NCBI GenBank assembly: GCA_046563655.1
Contig: CM102288.1
Location: forward strand, 6,076,001 to 6,140,000
Direction: 5' to 3'
Source of the DNA: Yuukianura sp. NJ FZ-2021
Taxonomy: Eukaryota
DNA: 64,000 bases
The notes below the pieces were generated by a model, which was not told where the DNA came from, searched no databases, and saw only the letters and a list, made by a program, of their open reading frames with translations. Positions 60,078 to 64,000 of this stretch are shown one piece after another; positions within the stretch are counted from its first letter, which is position 1, and the number at the start of each line of letters is the position of its first letter. Both the position numbers and the translations under genes were made by a program.

Positions 60078-63000
60078 TTACTGCAGTTCAGCAGCGCCGT
60101 GCGACTGCTCTTGGTGGTTGTTGTGATGGTGGAGCGTGTCAACAATTGATCTTCTGCGTGACATGACCTCGCCTGAGGCCATCTTTGCCAGTCGCTTGGC
60201 AATTGCTTTGTCATGGTACCTCCTCACGTCCAGAAGTTCCTTCATTTCCTCCTTCTCATCCTCCGTTTGGTTCAATCTTAACACGAGTGCACGAGATCCG
60301 TCGGCCATTGGCTGAGAATATTGACCTTGACGAAGGTGTCGCTCATGCGGACTCACTCCGCGTTCCACCACCAACACAATGCGAGCCCACTGAAAATTAA
60401 AGTGAGCGTAACATTAGGTTAGTGCGAGGTTCATATGCATTGAAAAACAAAAAATTAAAGCACAAAAGATAAAGAACCGAGCGGGACTCGAACCCACATC
60501 TCTTCTTTTCGGGAACGCGCTCTCTACCATTGAGCTGTCAGGCTCTAATCACCGGATGGAATCGGCAGGAAGCCCTAACAGCCGCTGCTCTTTCCATACA
60601 CCTCCATCCTTACATTTTTTGACAGGGAAATATTGGGAATATTCGGAAATACTGGGAAATATTGGGAATATTCGGAAATACTGGGAAATATTGGGAAATA
60701 TGGAGAAATGCTGGGAAGTATTGGTGATCAGCTGACCTGTCGCTGCCACTCGTTCCTTGTTTCAGCTATTTTGGTGTAAGTGTTGCCCATCATGGCGATG
60801 AGCATGTTGATGAGGAGAATAGCCACTATGGCCATGTAGAGGACAAACAGGAACCAAGCCATTTCTTCGTGGTCCGTATGCTGGAAGGACTCAAATGTCG
60901 TGTCGAAGGAGGACAGTGACATCATGAACATGGCGATCACAGATTCTGCTGCAGATGACATGGGGTTAGGAGTCTTCGGTTTTTTGTAAGATCGGAAGAT
61001 GATGAAAAACGCTTGAGAGAAACCCATGACAAAGACGAGGTAAATGATCACGAACCGTAGCAGGTCACCGGTAATCATCCGGTAAATCATGACCACGAAC
61101 GGACCCACTGTCTTGAACCTAATCAACAATCAATTTAGCTTGTTAGGCTAAGATTAGGTTAAGATTACGTTAGGTTGTTAGGTTAACCCGCGACAGAAGA
61201 AGAGAAAGTAGGGAGCAGTTGTTAGCATGACGAAAACAGCAGTCAAATCCTCAACTTCCCGCCAGCACAAAATCCGAAACAGGGCCATCAGCAGAACCAA
61301 AATTCTGCCGATCAGGAAAATCACCCGTGAAGGTACAGTTGCCTAAAGAAGAGGAAAAAAATAGAAAGAATGTAAAAGTTTTTCGAAATTTTAACTTTTT
61401 ATAAAAATTTTGAATACCAAATTTTCGAAAAACATTGAAGCACCCAAGTAGTGACTCTCCCGAGCAGCACCTATTAGGTACGTACAAGCTCCCACAAACA
61501 TGATTCCTTCTGCGATGGTTCTGATATAGTCAGCAGGCGTTTTCATTTCATCGAGACACGACGCTTTTCCCGCCTCTTGCGTCAAGTTCAAATCTCGTGC
61601 CATCACATCACTTCCGTTTCCAAACAGAGTTTCATTGCTATCCATTTGCGATACCTTAGATAAAGTGAATACAAGAAAAAAATGTTCTGAGAGAGGGATT
61701 TGAACCCACGTCTGTCTTCTCCTGGAAGATGCTCTAATCCACACACCTTCCAAGCACTTTTTTTGATAACTACCTGTTTTTTCTCTAAAACTTTCTTGCG
61801 TAAAATTTCCTTTTCTCTTTTTTGAAACTTTATAAGCTATTTAGCCTACTTTGAAGCTTCTTTGATACTTTTATCAAACTTTTTTTGAAACTTACGTTCA
61901 AAAATGTTGAGTTGAGTGCTTTTGGTGGTATGTTATGAAGTGGTCTGAGGACGAATGCTGCTGCTGTAACGAGGAAGTAGAGTGCAAATAGGATGAACTG
62001 GCGGTAAAATCGTGATTTTATGAAAGTATTCCACTTTGTCTGCAAAAGATCATCTACTGGACCTTCCATCAACTCCAAGTGCATCGTAGTTTCTCCAAAA
62101 ACGATTAAATTCAATGCAGATTCTTTCTGAATTCCGCCAGTCTCTATGTCAATTGTGTCAAAAACTCCTAACGGGTAGGCAGCACAAGTGACACTCCCAA
62201 TTTGCCAGTAGATTTCCCGCGAAATATTCAAAATGTGGAAAAACAGCTCTTTTCGCGCCAATTTCGCTGCGAGAGTCAGCGGAGTCAGGTTCAACTTGTT
62301 CTTGTATTCCATGTCTGCTCCCAACTCATACGCCGTGTTGAACATGGGCTGAAATTAGGTTAAGATTAGGCTATTGTTAGATTGTTAGCCTAATCTTAGC
62401 CTAAGGCTAAGAACCTAATTAAGGTAATATTTTGGAACCTTTTTGTCGTGTATGACGAGCATGTGGAGTACAGTGTTGCCGTTGGAGTCTTGTGCATTTG
62501 GATCCGCCCCTTTTGCAAGTATGAGGCGATAACATTCCTCCTGTCCCAAACATGCTGAAAAAGATGCTGGATACTCTCCCCAGTACACCAACCTGTAATT
62601 CAATTAAAAAAAAAATAAATGTAGGTCCCAGAGTTCGAACCCACGGCCTCAGAGAACCGAATGGTGAACGGTTCCACGTCCTTCAAAGCATTTTTTGTTC
62701 AAAAAAAAGATTCTAGAGTAGATATTTAGCTTTAACAAACGTAACTTCTGCAACTTGGAATTGAACCTTTTTCTAAATTTTCACTTCGACCGAATTGTTT
62801 TCGATCCCTTTCATTGAACAAACGGTGTCATACCCACTGTAGTTGGTTTGGATGTCGCAAATGGCATGTTCTTGGTCGAGAGTGTCCATGCGGGAGGCCT
62901 TCTGGTCATCGGGTGACATGAATGCTCCTGTACACCTTTCGTTGACATTGACCTGGATTAATTAATTCATACTTAAATTAATTAATCTATATTTATATTA

Positions 63001-63858
63001 ATTAATTTATGTTTACCCCACAGTCGAGGAAGTACTTGACCATTTGTGGATCTTCATTGACTATGGCCCAGTGAAGTACGTTCTCTCCGTAGTACTCGTC
63101 ACTAATGTAAATGTCGTTGATCAGTTTAGGATAAAAGTGGAGCAATCGCTTGGCCAAGTCAGCCGTAACTGAATTTGCAGCTAAGATGCATATATGTAGA
63201 CACGTCTCTCCAACGTTACCGCGCTGATCAAGTCTCCAGCACACGTCTCGGTACATACTCGGATCTCGGACAAAGAGAAATAGAATAAAAATAAGGGACC
63301 GAGAGGGACTCGAACCCAAATCTTTTCTATTTTAGAAGCACTCTAACCATTGAGCTATCAGGCTCATCTCTTTCATGCAATCCTCACCCTGTCGCAAGTT
63401 CATGGATTTCATAATTAACTTACATTTATATAAATTCGTTACCTTTTGAATCGCTCTGTGGCTCCACATAGTTGTCAAACTGAGTTTCGTTTTTGAAAAT
63501 GTGCTTGTGTTTGGACCGCTCTCGGTTGCGCATGAGTACCAATTTTGAAATGTGGAATTCCTTGCCCTGTCCATTGTTGTACAGAAAGGGCTCCACACGA
63601 GTTTTGATGGCTTCGTCTAGTGCTGCATAGTTTTTAGTAGTCGAAGCCTGTTTGGCCAAATCCACCAAAATTCCACCACCTTGGGGAAGAAACACTAGAT
63701 TAATTTCACATTTCAAAATTTATTGGTTCCAATTTCACAATTCAAAATTTTAATTCTGGACCTTTCAAATCAACCAACTGATACAACGGCTGTGAAGTGG
63801 CTCCGCCCTCAGCCTGCTTTTTGACGCCACTAGTAACATCAGACGCAGTATTCCCCAT
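60078..63858 (-). CDS. nan: TRPV channel Nanchung (10 exons: 63858-63762, 63679-63443, 63264-63017, 62952-62834, 62592-62439, 62348-61896, 61654-61418, 61342-61188, 61118-60737, 60389-60078)
   Basis: [17 protein letters not shown]-terminus, ankyrin repeats ([33 protein letters not shown]), [16 protein letters not shown] and [37 protein letters not shown]. Confidence 0.96.
60418..60545 (-). mobile_element. tRNA-derived repeat, family A (nan intron 9)
   Basis: Reverse complement GAGCCTGACAGCTCAATGGTAGAGAGC...GTGGGTTCGAGTCCCGC then a T tract. Confidence 0.75.
60624..60724 (+). repeat. About 10-bp minisatellite (GGGAAATATT)n
   Basis: Read directly in nan intron 9. Confidence 0.85.
61683..61757 (-). 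mobile_element. tRNA-like repeat, family B (nan intron 6)
   Basis: Reverse complement GCTTGGAAGGTGTGTGGATTAGAGC...CGTGGGTTCAAATCCC, followed by the polypyrimidine tract. Confidence 0.6.
62623..62690 (-). mobile_element. Degenerate tRNA-like repeat, family B (nan intron 4)
   Basis: Reverse complement TGCTTTGAAGGACGTGGA...CGTGGGTTCGAACTC, then a T tract and the splice acceptor. Confidence 0.5.
63265..63400 (-). mobile_element. tRNA-derived repeat, family A (nan intron 2)
   Basis: Reverse complement GAGCCTGATAGCTCAATGGTTAGAGT...GGGTTCGAGTCCC; the 5' extension TGAGGA.TGCA..AAGAGATGAGCC is shared with the 59.5 kb copy. Confidence 0.75.
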
Positions 63859-64000
63859 TACGTTTACTCTAGTAGAATTTCGTCAACCCAATTTACTCCT
63901 TAGATTTTCAAAATTTCAAAAAACTAAAGGATTATCAAATAATTTCAGTTTACTTTCTACGTCTCTAGTAGAGAAAATATAGCATCGGTTGCATGGACTT

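Noticed and set aside
61125..62410. TTAGG-like runs in nan introns (also about 14490-14522) as telomeric arrays
   Set aside because: Short, degenerate and interrupted; better explained as intron low-complexity or branch-point-like (CTAA) sequence.
1019..63365. About 10 tRNA-like sequences as functional tRNA genes
   Set aside because: Acceptor stems mispair, anticodon arms are short and variable between copies, and several share flanking repeat sequence; treated as tRNA-derived repeats.

Overview
AT-rich, intron-rich eukaryotic DNA with short GT-AG introns. The gene content is arthropod, and the divergent chemoreceptors suggest a springtail-like hexapod (inference). I reconstructed about 16 protein-coding genes by hand: a Kekkon-family LRR-Ig receptor, a long secreted mucin-like protein, two ZAD-type C2H2 zinc-finger genes, two ionotropic receptors, a gustatory-receptor-like gene, a Ly6/uPAR protein, a TLDc-only protein, the TRPV channel nanchung and several small orphan genes. 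There are also many MITEs and about 10 copies of tRNA-derived repeats. The main finding is an intact 6-exon, 854-aa INO80-derived gene (29458-32858, minus strand). It keeps the INO80 N-terminus, the start of the HSA/DBINO helix and the RUVBL1/2-binding insertion, but lacks both ATPase lobes. Second, a SCAPER gene appears to have its N-terminal domain replaced by a GRASP55/65 PDZ domain. Third, sense-oriented tRNA-like modules sit in four nanchung introns, three directly upstream of the 3' splice site. All homology calls rest on recalled sequences, not database searches, and exon boundaries are manual predictions.
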